Assembly (NCBI RefSeq): GCF_018977255.1
Contig: NW_024704743.1
Coordinates: 115,198,001 to 115,262,000, forward strand
DNA length: 64,000 nucleotides
From: Callorhinchus milii
Lineage: Eukaryota
Direction of reading: 5' to 3'
Shown: positions 1-12,611 of the stretch, in pieces
Position numbering within the stretch: position 1 is the stretch's first letter
How the letters are laid out: every line of letters starts with the position of its first letter
Translations under genes and position numbers: made by a program
Notes under the pieces: generated by a model
Database searches by the model: none
Told to the model about the DNA's origin: nothing
What the model saw: the letters and a program-made list of their open reading frames with translations, nothing else

Positions 1-137
1 TCCGAAACACATTGAGGTTTATAGCACCCCATTCAATAAAGGGGGCAAAGTTGTGCAGTTCGTAAGAATATAATAACATAAGAATTTGCTAGGCGAAAGA
101 AGACCAAGGTCCATTGGCATTAAACTCTGCCACTCGG

Positions 138-597
138 TTGCCAGACTCCGCCACTGTCTAGCTCCCCATCCCCAGAGGATCGAGTTCAAGATCCTCATCC
201 TCACTTTTAAGGCCATCCATGGCCTTGCCCCCTCCTACTTCTCTGACCTGCTGACTCCCTACCAACCTGCCTGCTCCCTCCGTTCAGTGAGCTCCGGCCT
301 GCTCCATATCTCCCGCCTGGCCTGCTCTACCATCGGTGGCCGGGCTTTCAGCCTCTCTGCCCCCACACTCTGGAACTCCATCCCATGATCCCGGCGCCTC
401 GCTTCCTCCCTTGCCTCCTTAAAGGCTGGTCTCAAGACTCTTCTCTTCGACCCTACCTTTGGTCTTCCTCTCACCTTCCCTCACCCCTACACTTCCCCTC
501 CCCCATGCTTGGGCCCCGACATCTGACTGTTCAGCGCTTTGGGACGTCCTCCCGACGTGAAAGGCGCTCTATAAATGTAATTTTGTTGCTGTTGTTG
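138..597 (+). mobile_element. L2 LINE 3' fragment
   Basis: [21 protein letters not shown]...[15 protein letters not shown], 3' stem tail and (GTT)n. Confidence 0.85.
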
Positions 598-871
598 AAG
601 GCTTCCACCATAGGGAGTCTTATGTTGCCCTCTTTGTCTCATCTTTCTCATTCTCCTCACTTTTGGGTGTCACTTGCAAGATTGATCACACCTGCTACGA
701 TATCTCGGCTTCATGACTCTAGTCTTTCTTTCACCAATCTTTTGTGGACGAACTGCATCCTTGAAAATGTTTGATAATTTTTCACCTTTTATAGTTTATG
801 GTACTTTATGACACTGGGTAGTTACGCTTTTGTTCTGTGCCACAACATTGCATTGGAAGATGTTGCTTCCT

Positions 872-1133
872 TGGGCGAAACCTTGGGCAAGTTTCCTTAC
901 TCCACACAGAGCCTAATAATAATCCCTCCAAAACCAAAAACAATAATAAATTGGTCATTTTCAATCTACGACTGTTTGTGGGACATTGCTGTGCGCAATT
1001 GGCTGCCGCGTTCACCCACAAATATACAGTCAATTCACTTTACAGTGTGTTCTGTGAAGCGCTTTGGGACGTCCTCCCGACGTGAAAAGCGCTATATCAA
1101 GTGCAAGGATTATTATTATTATTATATTATTAT
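872..1133 (+). mobile_element. tRNA-derived SINE, 5'-truncated
   Basis: Near-identical to body and tail of 41606-41926; (ATT)n end. Confidence 0.85.
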
Positions 1134-1285
1134 TGCTGCTCACATTACTTGCACATGATAAACCTTCTGTACTTTCCTTATAAGTTGTGCCAATAGAAAA
1201 GTGTAGCCGTAATTTTTCTGCAGAATCGGCCATAAACAGCCACCTCCGCTACAAACCCATGAAACAGTCTTGATTACGGCTGTTT

Positions 1286-1479
1286 ATAATAATAATAATC
1301 CTTGCATTTGATATAGTACTTTTCACTATGACCAATTTATTATTGTTTTTGGTTTTGGAGGGATTATTATTAGGCTCTGTGTGGAGTAAGGAAACCAAGG
1401 TTTCGCCCTCTGCCTGGAATTGAACTCAGGTCTCTCGCTTGCAAAGCGAGTGCTCTAACCACTGAGCTACAGGACTCCA
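1286..1479 (-). mobile_element. tRNA-derived SINE with head, internally deleted
   Basis: Reverse complement GTAGCTCAGTGGTTAGAGC...GAGTTCAATTCC (A/B boxes) plus (ATT)n tail. Confidence 0.8.
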
Positions 1480-1749
1480 CCGCAACTGTGGGTGGGAGGC
1501 TCTGGACGTGCATACAGGGTGCAGCGCAAGTGGGAAATGGCTTCGCTCCACTCTGAAGGAGATACATACTCAAGCGCTCTGAGATGCCGTCCGGCGTGGA
1601 GGACGTTATATAAATCCAAGCTGTTGTTGAAGTTGTTCTTGTTGAAACCCCGCTGTTGGGATTGTCTGTGAGTGTGTGTCTCTCTGTGCTTGTAAGTGTC
1701 TGTGTAAGTGTGTGTGTCTCTCCTCTGTATGTGTTTGTGGATCTCTGTG

Positions 1750-2590
1750 GAGACAAAGTGTAGACGGTGTGAGAGGTAGGATCTGAACCACTCAAGGACA
1801 GAACCATGAAAGTTGAGGTGAGAGGAGAGGCGGTGGGGGAGGATAGAGTGGTCAACGGTATCAAAGGCATCAGAGAGGTCAAGAAGGATGAGGAGACAGA
1901 GGAGGACGAGGGGACAGAGTGACCAGGGCTCGCTCTCTCTCTATGTGTGTGTGTTTGTGTCTGTGTGGGCGTGTCACTCTAGTGTGCGTCTCTTTTGTAT
2001 GTGCTGGTGAATGTCTGTGAGTGTGTGTCTCTCCCTATCTCTATATATTTGTGCCAATCTTCAAAAAACCTTCCCTGGACCCATCCCTGTTCTCAAAGTA
2101 CTGCCCCATCCCCAACTTCCTTTTCCTTTTCAAGGTCCTTGAACAAGTCGTTGTTCCTAGCTTCGCTCCTTCCTCTCCCATCACTCTCTGTATAAACCCT
2201 TCCAATTGGATTTTTGGGCTGCCCACAGCACAAAAACAGCCACGGTCAAAGTAAAAATCTGTGACCAGGGCTCCCTGTCTCCTCATTCTCGTTGACCTCT
2301 CTGATGCCTTTAATACCGTTGACCACTCTATCCTCCTCCACAACCTCTGCTCTCACCTCAAGCTTCATGGTTCCGTCCTTGAGTGGTTTAGATCCTACCT
2401 CTCACACTGTCTCCATTTTGTCTCACAAATGGCTTCTCCTCTAGCCCTCCTCCAGTTGCTGAGGAGAGGACCGAGGACAACGACTCTGTCCTTGGCCTTC
2501 TCCTCATCGGTGAACACACTCCCTCTTGGTGATATCATCCACACACACGGAATCAACCTCCACAAGTATGTGGATGATGCCCACCTCTAC
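1750..2590. mobile_element. scrambled L2 RT fragments in both orientations
   Basis: DLSDAFNTVDH and HKYVDDAHLY remnants; 1750-1895 (-) mirrors 2277-2425 (+). Confidence 0.75.
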
Positions 2591-5020
2591 ACAATTTGCA
2601 TCAGTGGTAAATTTCACAATTTGCAGAAACTATCAGAACTATAAAGGTGGTGTCTTACATCACAGAAGCTTCCTGCCCTATCCTGTGACTCGTGTAGCTC
2701 TCAATATATAATATATAATCCTTCCATTTGATACACTATCCTCCGGGTGGAGGAGGATAGCGGCATCTTCTTGGAGCTGAGCTGTCTCTAAGGTGATCTT
2801 TTTGCCATTTTTGTGTCCGTTGTAAGATGTTATGGTCCGGCACCTGAAAACATATCATTTACCTATTGTGCCACACCATGACAGGGAGCACTCCCAGTTC
2901 AACCAGCTAAGTTTAAATGGTGTGAAAGGTGCGATCCAATGTAATATGTTGTACAAAATATACAGTCAATTCACTTTACACTATATCCTGTGAAGCGCTT
3001 TGAGACATCTCTACGATGTGATAAGGCTCTATATCAAATCCAAGGATTATTTTGAAATTGGTGGGTACAGAGTTGGACAGAATCTACCTTGGGTGCCAGC
3101 CATTGAGCCGTCGAGAAGGACATGCATTAACAAGACCATCGAAGGGGGGAAAAACAACTGGACACATACACAGAATATTTTTAGTACTTAAGTACTTGCA
3201 GGATTTTATTCAATTGGAATTGGAACACATGTGTGCGAAGTAGCAACTTGTATTCAGATGAGGTTCCCTTCAAGCACAGTAGATCTTGCTCACAAACTTC
3301 CATGAAGACTTGGTAATTCGGCCCAAACAAGATTTTGACTAACCTTTCCGGTTACAGTGTTTTTTATGATGTTTTTGTTTTCTCTTTGGTCTTCGGACAA
3401 AATGTGGTCTTACGTATGTGCTGGATTTTCGCTTCGATCTTCGACCTTTTTTTCTCTTGTGTGTTGTTTGATGGCCGCCCTTTTTCTTACACAATTTCAT
3501 GGTTCACAGTTTACTTATCACCCTGACTTTGTCTTGAGCCCTGTTTATCGCCTGCTTTATAGTCTTTCACCAGTGAGGTGTATTATGATGCAACAACGGC
3601 TCTGACTGCCTTATAAGGCTCTAGGCTCCCCCCCAACGTGTGACATGATGACTAATAATGTGGGTGACGTTTCAAAGCCTTATAAGGTATCGCAGCGACC
3701 AGCAATTTTACACATATATTGTAAGACTTTTTAAGACTTTTAAGACATGTATATTTTAAGACGTATATTGTTGTACTAGTGGTTCCCAAGAAATTTAAGT
3801 ACAATATGTTGCCTACTCGCATCTGCTCACTCGCCTGCTCGTGGGCATAAAGCTTTATAACAGCTGATGCTGGGGGCAGGGGTGGGGGAGGAGGGAGAGA
3901 ACGGATGGACAGACCACTGGCCCCAGCATCACAGCTCTTAAATTCTCCTTATAATTGTGTGTGGAGGGTAATCATCGATATTCCAGGGAGGCGACAACTG
4001 GATTAAAACAAATGTTTGTTTGGCAGCACTTTGAGTCCGTTGGAACTTACTATTCCATTCCTTATTTAAGGACATCATTGAACCGTGTTTGGGAAAATAC
4101 CTTCTCCCCCACCCCTTACCCCTGCCCGATAACACTTGCATTTGATCCGATTTGATATTCTGTTTCCTTCTAATGCCAAATTTACCTGCAAACTCAATTC
4201 AGCCTAGATTGTGAGCTCAACGTAAGCCTTGATCCCACAATTATTAGACCCAGAGGCAAGAGTGCTACCAGCTGAGTCAAGCTAACACATCAGTACCGAA
4301 GAGGGCCAGAACAGGCCTTGTGCCTGACTGAGTCCTCAGTGTATTGCGTGTTGCTACCAAATACCAAGAGTGTTTGGGTTGGAAGTAAAGCTCGTGGGAC
4401 AATCAACCTTTTTTTTTTTAACCCCTTAACAAACTGCGTGGCCAGAAAAGTTTGTTCAGAGTCAGAAGGTGTTTGTAATATGGCGGTTAAGTAGGTTTCA
4501 ATGTTGTTCCTGCCTCTGATATCTTCACAGTGCAAATGGAAAAATAGTGCCTTCTTACAATGCCTACAGCATCAAAACATACAGCATCGGAATGCCTTAC
4601 AGAATACACAGGCTCTGAAAAACACATCAAAGTCACAGTCAATCCACTTTACAATATATCCTGTGAAATGTTTTGAGACGTCTCAACGATGTGATAAGGC
4701 TCTATATCAAATGCAAGGATGATTATTATTGTTATATTGTTACATGCAATATTTCTGCCAAGATTCCTTAATGGGGAATCTAAGTGGTGTGAATGGAAGG
4801 AATTCCTTTCGGTAACTGGCAGTAGATCACGAACATCTCTCCTACGTGTCGTACCTCAGGAGCAGAGGCCCTGATGGGAATCTTAAAAGGGATTAAGATT
4901 AACCAGGAATCCAGTTAAGAACACTGCAAATTAGACGTCAGCATTGTGTTTGTCTGAAAGCCTCAGTTTGTCTGCAATGGTGTGTGAGTCCCATTCAACC
5001 CACCCGTTTCTCCTTTCCAG

Positions 5021-5134
5021 TCCAAAGATCAGCTGTCCCTGCACTGTGCAGCCAACCGGACCAGCAGCTCTCTCTCCATCGTACAAATGTTGCTGAGGGC
5101 TTCACACAAAGACGCTCGATTGGTCCAAGACAAG
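5021..5134 (+). CDS. trpn1: trpn1 exon w1 (ankyrin; SKDQLSLHCAANR...RLVQDK)
   Basis: tcctttccag acceptor, AAG|gtacat donor, 114 bp, phase 0. Confidence 0.85.
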
Positions 5135-5534
5135 GTACATATCGCTCATCAGTAGCAGAATGCAATCACCTCACCTGAGCTTGTGTGTGTGTGTGTGTGT
5201 GATCACAAGTCACAGTTTGAGGGGAGGGGTTGAAGATTTGGTGACTTGATATGTAATGGTCATGTGTGAGATGCAAAGCTCAGCGTTTCAAAGCTGCAAA
5301 TCAAAATACTGGTCTTACTTTAAGATTTCGGCAATAGCTTTGTGACCATTTCCAACCATGAGAAACCACCTTGTGGAGTTTTTCCTGGGATTTGTCAGAT
5401 TAGCATCAGGATAGTAACCAGTGACTGTTACAGCAACCATTAATGTTACAGTGTAGGATGTGTTAAGGCAGCAGTTTGGCCACTACTGAGCTTGCTCCCG
5501 TGCCACCCTCTCACACTGCTCCATGTTTTCACAG

Positions 5535-5639
5535 GACGGCTGCTTGCCATTGTTTTTAGCCATTGAAATCGGGAATGTCGCAGTCTGCAAGGAGCTGCTC
5601 AGTGTCAGTGCCGACATCCAGCTCAGGACACAAAGAAAG
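5535..5639 (+). CDS. trpn1: trpn1 exon w2 (DGCLPLFLAIEIGN...TQRK)
   Basis: ttttcacag / AAG|gtacaa, 105 bp. Confidence 0.92.
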
Positions 5640-5685
5640 GTACAAGGAGAGAAATATCTGGTTCACAAACTGATTCAGCATATAC

Positions 5686-6190
5686 TACAACAACTAGCAT
5701 TGATTCAGCACCCTCATGTTGGGAGGATGACCCAAGGCGCAGAACAGTCGGGGATCAGGACCTGAGTGTGGGGCGGCGGGCAGGGTTGGAATGAGGGACG
5801 GCAGAGAGGTAGGAGGGCGGCTGAAGGCACAGTCGAAAAGGAGGGTCTTGAGTCATGCCTCAACAAGACAGAGAGTGGAGCGGAGGTTAAGAGGTTAAGG
5901 ACTTAGTTGCTGATGCTCAGTTGAACAGGAAAGTGCAGGTGGTCTGAGTTAGCCAAGTAGAGAGAGTGAGCAGAAGAGGCGTCAGAGTAGTTCACAGAGG
6001 TGAAGGGATTTATAGGTGAGGGTGAGGTTGATCCACCTGGAAATGGGAACAAATAGATTCTAGTGAGGACTGAGGCAATGAGAGTGTTTAGAAAGCGAGG
6101 GCTGAGAGCTTGACCGCTGTTGGTGGGGAGGGAACGCAGCAAGGTATGTGCAGCAGAGGCAGGTTTGAGGGACTTGAGGGATCTAGAGGG
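5686..6190 (-). mobile_element. degraded L2 LINE 3' fragment
   Basis: L2-type tail (caacaac...atgttgggaggatgacccaaggcgc) and decayed ORF2 sequence. Confidence 0.65.
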
Positions 6191-6199
6191 ACTTTTTTT

Positions 6200-6905
6200 T
6201 CATAGATTCATAGAATGTTACGGCACAGAAGGAGGCCATTCGGCCCATCGAGTCTGTGTCAGCTCTTTGACTGAGCAAGTCACTTTCACTAACCCCAGTC
6301 ACCAGCTTTATCCCCATAACCCTGCAAACCCGTCTTTCCCAGATACCGATCCAGTTCTCTCTTAAAAGCTGTTATCGAATCGGACTTCACTACCCTTTCA
6401 GGCAGATCATTCCAAATTCGAACAGCTTGCTGAGTGAAAAACATTCTTCTAACCTCCCCTCTGCTTCGTTTGGTAGATATCTTAAGACTGTGACCATGGG
6501 TCACAGACACACCTACCAGCGGAAACAGCTTTTCCTTATCTAGCCTGTCGAAACCTTTCATGATCTTGAAGACCTCTATCAGGTCCCCGTGTAACCTTCT
6601 CTGCTCTAATGGGAAAAGTCCTAACTTCTCCAGCCTGTCCTCATAGCTAAGGTTCCCCATTCCTGGTATCATTCTCGTGAATCTCCTCTGCACCCTTTCC
6701 AGTGCTTTAATGTCCTTCCTGAAGTAAGGTGCCCAGAACTGGACGCAGTACTCCAGCTGAGGGCTAACCAGTGTTTTGTACAGATTAGCCATATATGCCC
6801 CTACTAATAAAGCTCAGTACACCAAATGCCTTTTTTACTGCCTTATCTACCTGCCCCACTACCTTTAATGATTCGCTTACTTGAAAACCCAGATCTCTCT
6901 GTACG
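6200..6905 (-). mobile_element. CR1 LINE 3' fragment
   Basis: LYKTLVSPQLEYCVQFWAPYFRKDIKALERVQRRFTRMIPG...IWNDLP; CR1-type tail. Confidence 0.92.
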
Positions 6906-7142
6906 TTCACCCCCCACCTTGACGTCATCTGGCCGAAGCTGGGGATAGGGAAATAACACGGGTCAGTGCCCTTTCACAGGGGAGGGCGAGGCAAGGGTGT
7001 GGAGAGGGTTTGAATAGTAATAATATAATAATTGAAAGATAAGACGAGGAAATGGAAGGCAATTGATGGACTGCGGGGACATTGTGGATAAGTGACCTAC
7101 TGAGGAAATGGTGTGAGTAACCCTCCTGCGTTTCCTCTTCAG

Positions 7143-7241
7143 GACACCGGAGACACGGCCTTACATGTCAGCAGCAGGAAAAGAGATGCCGAGCTGGCAA
7201 AGCTCATGGTGGAGTACGGGGCTGATGTCGATTTCCAGAAT
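7143..7241 (+). CDS. trpn1: trpn1 exon w3 (DTGDTALHVSSRKRD...VDFQN)
   Basis: ctcttcag / AAT|gtgagt, 99 bp. Confidence 0.93.
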
Positions 7242-7881
7242 GTGAGTAGAGTCCGCAGCAAATCACAAGATCACCAGAGAGGTCTCCTGCCTGATCTCAG
7301 CCTATAAGACAATAATGACAATAAATAACAATTTAGATAAGAAAAATCTCTTCGGCCTATTTGATCTCATCCTTCCTGATACCCACTCATCAGAGCATCG
7401 AGCATCCTGACCAGAACCGTACTTCCTGGTAACCCAGTTCCAGTTACTAATTACCTTCCAGGTCAAGAAATGGTACTTAATGCTTTTTTTGTGGTCTGAT
7501 GCCTGCAGAGCCCCATCACCATGCTGCCTGACCTAATTCTAACTGCCTTAGTTTTGATTTTAAGGCTGTAGCCCCCTTGTATTGGATCCATCCAGGAACA
7601 GTGTTGCTAGTTTATTTCCCCCATTTACATCGATTGATATTACACAGACAGAGGCCTTACAGCCCAATCAATCCATTGCACATCTCCAATCTTTCTTTGA
7701 TAGTTGGATTCACTCATCCCTGGTAACATCTCTGTAATCTACACTGTACTCTTACTAATGCTTCTGTTCCTTACTAAGAAACTCCCATTAGGAAATCCAG
7801 GAAACTGGACTCCCCCTCACACCTCCCTCAGGTGATGTGAAGCTACCTTTGTTCAGGCCTTGCTTGTTTTCTCATGTGCAG

Positions 7882-7983
7882 GAGGAAGGCCAGACCGCTT
7901 TACATGTGGCAGCCTGGGAGGGCGATGAATTCCTGCTCAGGTTTTTCTACCAGTGCAAAGCTAACCCGAACATCCCAGACAAG
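7882..7983 (+). CDS. trpn1: trpn1 exon w4 (EEGQTALHVAAWEGD...IPDK)
   Basis: tgtgcag / AAG|gtacct, 102 bp. Confidence 0.93.
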
Positions 7984-8729
7984 GTACCTCCAGCTCGTAG
8001 CATGTGTTTGCAAAAGTGTAACAATAATGGCAGTCACTCTTAACATGTCCGAAACTCAGCTTAATCTTAGTCCGCAAGATAATAATAATAACAATAAATA
8101 ATAATTCTTGCATTTGGTATAGAGCTTTGTACGCCAGGAGGACATCTCAAAGCGTTTCACAGACTTCACTGTAAAGTGAAGCGACTGAGATCATTTTGCC
8201 TTGAAATTTAAAATGGCGCAAAACTTTTGGGACTGTTTTCTCACACAATGTATTAATTTGGAAGCCAGTTTCTTTTTGTTAAGAACTAGGTGAGATGAAA
8301 TCACAATGCTTCTTAACAGATTCAATATTAGTTAACTCCTCAGAAACTTGATACATTCGTGAGGGAGAAGGAAATGAAGCGATATGGGTAAGAGGAATAG
8401 GAGGGGTGGAGTATAAATACCATATCGGCTGATTGAGCCGAATGCAGTTAACATGCTGTAACTTTCTGTATAATCGGTCTGTGGCCAGAAAGTCTAGCTA
8501 ATCTTATGTAATTCTGGAGATTATTTTGTGGAGGAGGGCAAGAGCACTCGTCACTCCAGGGGAAAATGGCTCGGTGACGAGTTACCAGAGTGGTGAGTTA
8601 GGCATATTTCACTCTTAATTTGTAAAATGCAGCTGGGATATTGACAGCATGATTTAAGTGGTAGTGAAAAGCTAAGCCAAGGTTGAGTTATCAGTTTACT
8701 GTATTTAGCCAATATCCATAAAGGTGCAC

Positions 8730-9749
8730 CCTTGGCCTTATCCTCTTTCCTGATTTACACGCTCCCTCTTGGGGATATCATCCGCAGACATGGGGTACAT
8801 TGCCACAGTATGCGGACGACACCCAACTCTATTCTTCCACCTCTCTTTGCGACCCCCAGTCCTGTGATGTTCTGTCAGCCTGCCTGTCAGATCTCAGGGG
8901 CTGGATCAGCAAACGTTTCTTCAGCTGAACGTTGACAAGACGGAAGCCATACTCTTTGGCTCTTGTCAACATCTAAACTCTCACGGTCCTCACCTACTCG
9001 ACCTCCCCCTAAACTCTCCGAACCCGTACGCAACCTAGGCATCAGGTTCGACCCCCAATTATTCTTCCTCCCCCACATCCGGTCCCTCACCAGCACCGCT
9101 TTCTTCCACCTCCGACGCATCGCCCGTGTCCGCCAATACCTCTCTCCGAAAGCTGCTGAAACCCTGGTCCATGCTTTTGTCACCTCTCGGCTGGACTACT
9201 CTAACGCCCTCCTCACTGGCCTCTCCTCCACTACCATCCATAAAATCCAGATTATTCAAAACTCCGCCGCCCGCATTCTCACCCACACAAACTCTGCTCC
9301 CCGATCACCCCAGTCCTTGCCAGACTGCACTGGCTGGCTGTCCCAGAGAGGATCGACTTCAAGATCCTCAGCCTTGTCTTCAAATCCCTCCACTCCTCTG
9401 CAGCCTGCTTCCTCTCTGACCTCTCTCCTCAAAACAGTGCCCATTGCCTTCGTTCCTCCAGGTCTGGCCTCCTCCTTGTCCGGCGAGTCCTCCGCTCCAA
9501 CCTCGGCGGCCGTGCCTTCAGCCACTATTACCCGAGGCTCTAGAACTCCCTTCCTCACTCCCTTCGCCTCACTCCCTTTCTTCCTATTTTCAGGTCTCTG
9601 CTGAAGACCTTTCTTTTTGACTGCGCCTTTGGTCACCTTCCTCCCCCTCCCCCTAGCTCGGCCCCGGGATCCGTTACTGAGAAGCGCTCTGAGATGCCAT
9701 CCGGCGTGGAGGGCGCTATATAAATCCAAGTTGTTACTGTTGTTGTTGC
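8730..9749 (+). mobile_element. L2 LINE fragment (RT end to 3' tail), frameshifted
   Basis: tatgcggacgacacccaactctat (YADDTQLY), [19 protein letters not shown], (GTT)n tail. Confidence 0.9.
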
Positions 9750-9827
9750 ACTGAAACCTATAAGAAATCTGCAGAATTAGATGCTGATTTAATATCAGGC
9801 TGTTTCCTTTTCATCCTTGTTTTGCAG

Positions 9828-9929
9828 CTGGATCGGTCACCATTGCATATTGCAGCTGAGCGAGGACACACCAATGTGGTTGAAGTCCTGACCGAGAAAT
9901 TCAAGTCTAATGTTCTGGCTAGAACAAAG
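9828..9929 (+). CDS. trpn1: trpn1 exon w5 (LDRSPLHIAAERGH...LARTK)
   Basis: ttttgcag / AAG|gtattt, 102 bp; not in ORF track. Confidence 0.93.
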
Positions 9930-10130
9930 GTATTTCCTTAATATTTCCTTATCTGTCCAGGTTCAAGAGGCAGGTTTGAACCACCTACTTGTGTGCTGCC
10001 TACGCTGGTGTTAAGACACCGCAAAATAATTTCCCTTACATTTCTGAGCAAACTATTGGAAGCACTGAAGCTGACAAAATAAGAGACAGCAACCCCTCAT
10101 TGAACCTTTCGTGGTTTCTTTTAATTGCAG

Positions 10131-10229
10131 GACGGAAGTACCCTGATGCACATCGCGTCCCAGTGTGGCCACCCTGACACTGCGCTGGCCTTTCTGAAGA
10201 AAGGCGTCCCTCTACACATGCCCAACAAG
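10131..10229 (+). CDS. trpn1: trpn1 exon w6 (DGSTLMHIASQCGH...LHMPNK)
   Basis: ttaattgcag / AAG|gtaaga, 99 bp; NOMPC-typical DGSTLMHIAS and LHMPNK. Confidence 0.95.
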
Positions 10230-10639
10230 GTAAGAATGAACCAAAACATGACGTAGGAATGTGGGAACGAACAGGAGTGGGTCACACAGCCCGACAATGG
10301 CATGTTTTCTGATCTCACTTCTAACCGCCTCGACTTCAATTTTAAGACAAAGTCATCTTCTATTTGTATCCATTTACCAGGGAGAAGAGTCGCTCATAAA
10401 TTAATTTAAAGGGAATTGGATAGATTTGTGAAGAGGAGGATAATGGGACCACAGGCAGGAGAGTGGGATAAGGTTAGGTGAGGAAAGAACATACCAATGA
10501 AGACTGGATGGGACAAAGTGTCTGGTGTGAGTTACTGTAATCAGTCTAAGTGATCAATATGGGGCACCATTGAAAACAAGAAAGCTTTGCCAAGCTGGGC
10601 TACCAACCACCACACCCCCTTCCCATCCCATCCAAAGGG

Positions 10640-10925
10640 GATGTTATAGAGGTGTATACAATTTTACATGGGATTGAAAAAGCAAACCCAGAACAATGCT
10701 TTCAAATGCATCAAGACAGTGCAACAAGTACAGACAGGTTTAGGGTTGCGTAGGGCAATTTCACCAGGAATTTCACCAAAGGACTGGAACAGGTTACCAG
10801 AACTCTGGGGTTCATTTAAAACACACAGCTCAATAGAGGACAACGGGAGGACAATAGGGTGGGAATTCTGGAAGGATGAGATCAATGGGCCGATGGGCCT
10901 TCTTTATCCAAACCAGTTTTGTGAT
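10640..10925 (+). mobile_element. degraded CR1 3' fragment
   Basis: DVIEVY/WNRLP remnants and gggccgatgggcct tail. Confidence 0.6.
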
Positions 10926-11114
10926 CTTGTGAACATGAATGCAGCACAAAGGATCTTTGGGGAGTTGTACGTATTTTTTTATTTGAAAGGATCACGTGGA
11001 TATGTGATATGGATTCGCAGAGACTCTTTCCGTGTTTGTCTCCAGGGCCTCAGACGACTTCCCCACGTGAAAGGCGCTATATATAACCGCAATTTGTTGT
11101 TGTTGTTTTCATAG

Positions 11115-11315
11115 TCAGGTGCGGTGTGCCTCCACGCTGCAGCGAGGAGGGGCCACACGGCTGTAGTGAAAGCCTTGCTCCAGAAGGGGGCGCACGTCGA
11201 CGCTAAAACGAAGGACCGCTACACAGCGCTGCACATCGCGGTGCAGTACTGCAAGCCCATGGTGGTGCAGACACTCCTGGGCTTTGGGGCTCAGGTCCAA
11301 CTTAAAGGAGGCAAG
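11115..11315 (+). CDS. trpn1: trpn1 exon w7, two ankyrins (SGAVCLHAAARRGH...QLKGGK)
   Basis: ttttcatag / AAG|gtatgg, 201 bp. Confidence 0.93.
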
Positions 11316-11333
11316 GTATGGAACCATCCCACT

Positions 11334-11633
11334 AGTTTCCTTACTCCACACACAAGCCTCTGTTTACCTAGCAGTAAGTAGGTACCTGGTTGTTCATCGA
11401 TTGGCAGATTGCTTTTCCGGGGGTAATAATTCCTTCAAATTAAAAAAAAATAATCATTTGATCACTCAATCCACCACGGCTGTTTGTGAGACACTGCTGT
11501 GCGCAATTGGCTGCCGCGTTTCGGACATAAAATATACAGTCAATTCATTTTGCAATATATTCTGTGAAGTGCTTTGAGACGTCTCGCAAATGTGATAAGG
11601 CACTATATCAAATGCAAGGATTATTATTATTAT
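11334..11633 (+). mobile_element. tRNA-derived SINE (long subtype, headless) filling intron w7-w8
   Basis: Matches body and tail of 27443-27810. Confidence 0.85.
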
Positions 11634-11654
11634 GTCATGGGTTTGTCCCTACAG

Positions 11655-11756
11655 GCACAGGAGACTCCGTTACACATCGCAGCTCGAGTTAAGGAAGGAG
11701 AGAAGGTGGCGGAGATGTTGCTGAAGAGTGGAGCTGATGTAAACACTGACCAAGAG
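11655..11756 (+). CDS. trpn1: trpn1 exon w8 (AQETPLHIAARVKEG...NTDQE)
   Basis: ccctacag / GAG|gtaaga, 102 bp. Confidence 0.93.
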
Positions 11757-12512
11757 GTAAGAAGAACCCATGAGTGACTCACGCTCAACACAAGGGCTTT
11801 CCATATAGGGTACCAATGTTAATAAGGCTTTGGTTTGGATTGTATGCGAGCCTAACAGTTAGGTTGGTCCTAGCTGGATAAGTAGGAAGTTTGCTAGTCA
11901 ATGCTCCCAATAGCAAGCTGGTTAAACTCCAATAAATATTCAGTGGGCCCCCCAAAGCTTTGGCTCTTGCCAACCTGTGCCTGGTACTTTCCGAGATTAG
12001 GGGAGTGACGTGCGTCACTCCGGAGAGAGAGAGCATATTCCATTCCTGGCACAATGGCAGCATACATATATGGAACTTTCAGCACTTTGGTGGATACTCT
12101 TAAGGGAGGTGGTGGATTTTCTACCTATAATCAGCCTTCAGCCACTACCCCCCGAAACTCTGGAACTCTCTCCCTTAATCCCTCCGCCTTGCCCCCTCCC
12201 TCCCCACTTTCAAATCCCACCGGAAGACCTTCCTTTTTGATCGTGCTTATGTTTTGATCATGCTTGCGGTCGCCTCCCCCCTCCCTGTCCCCCTGGCTAA
12301 GGGTCAGACTCCGCTGCTGTGAAGCGCTCTGGGACCCTACCCCTTGTGAAGGGCGCTATATATAAATGCAAGTTGTTGTTTTATTATCGGGCTTCCTTTA
12401 TTCAAAGCCGCTGGGCGTGACTGTGATTCCAGTCTGTTTGCGGGTCTGTTTTTACTCGCCTATTCATTGGGCTTCTCCCTGCGACGTTCTGCTGCCTGCG
12501 TTCCCCTAACAG

Positions 12513-12611
12513 AATGGTGAGACGGCCATGCACATCGTGGCTCGTCACGGCAACCTGAGGATGCTGCAAGCGCTGCTGGAGGAAGGCGGAGATTTAACCT
12601 GCCAGTCAAAG
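12513..12611 (+). CDS. trpn1: trpn1 exon w9 (NGETAMHIVARHGN...TCQSK)
   Basis: cctaacag / AAG|gtaagc, 99 bp. Confidence 0.93.

Noticed and set aside
1..5020. Upstream trpn1 exons (start codon, first ankyrins)
   Set aside because: I found no ankyrin-like frame with splice sites by eye; they probably lie upstream of the window, though a short exon could be missed
12002..12021. Palindrome GGAGTGACG-TG-CGTCACTCC
   Set aside because: 9-bp stem with a 2-nt loop, no supporting context; could be chance or a MITE remnant
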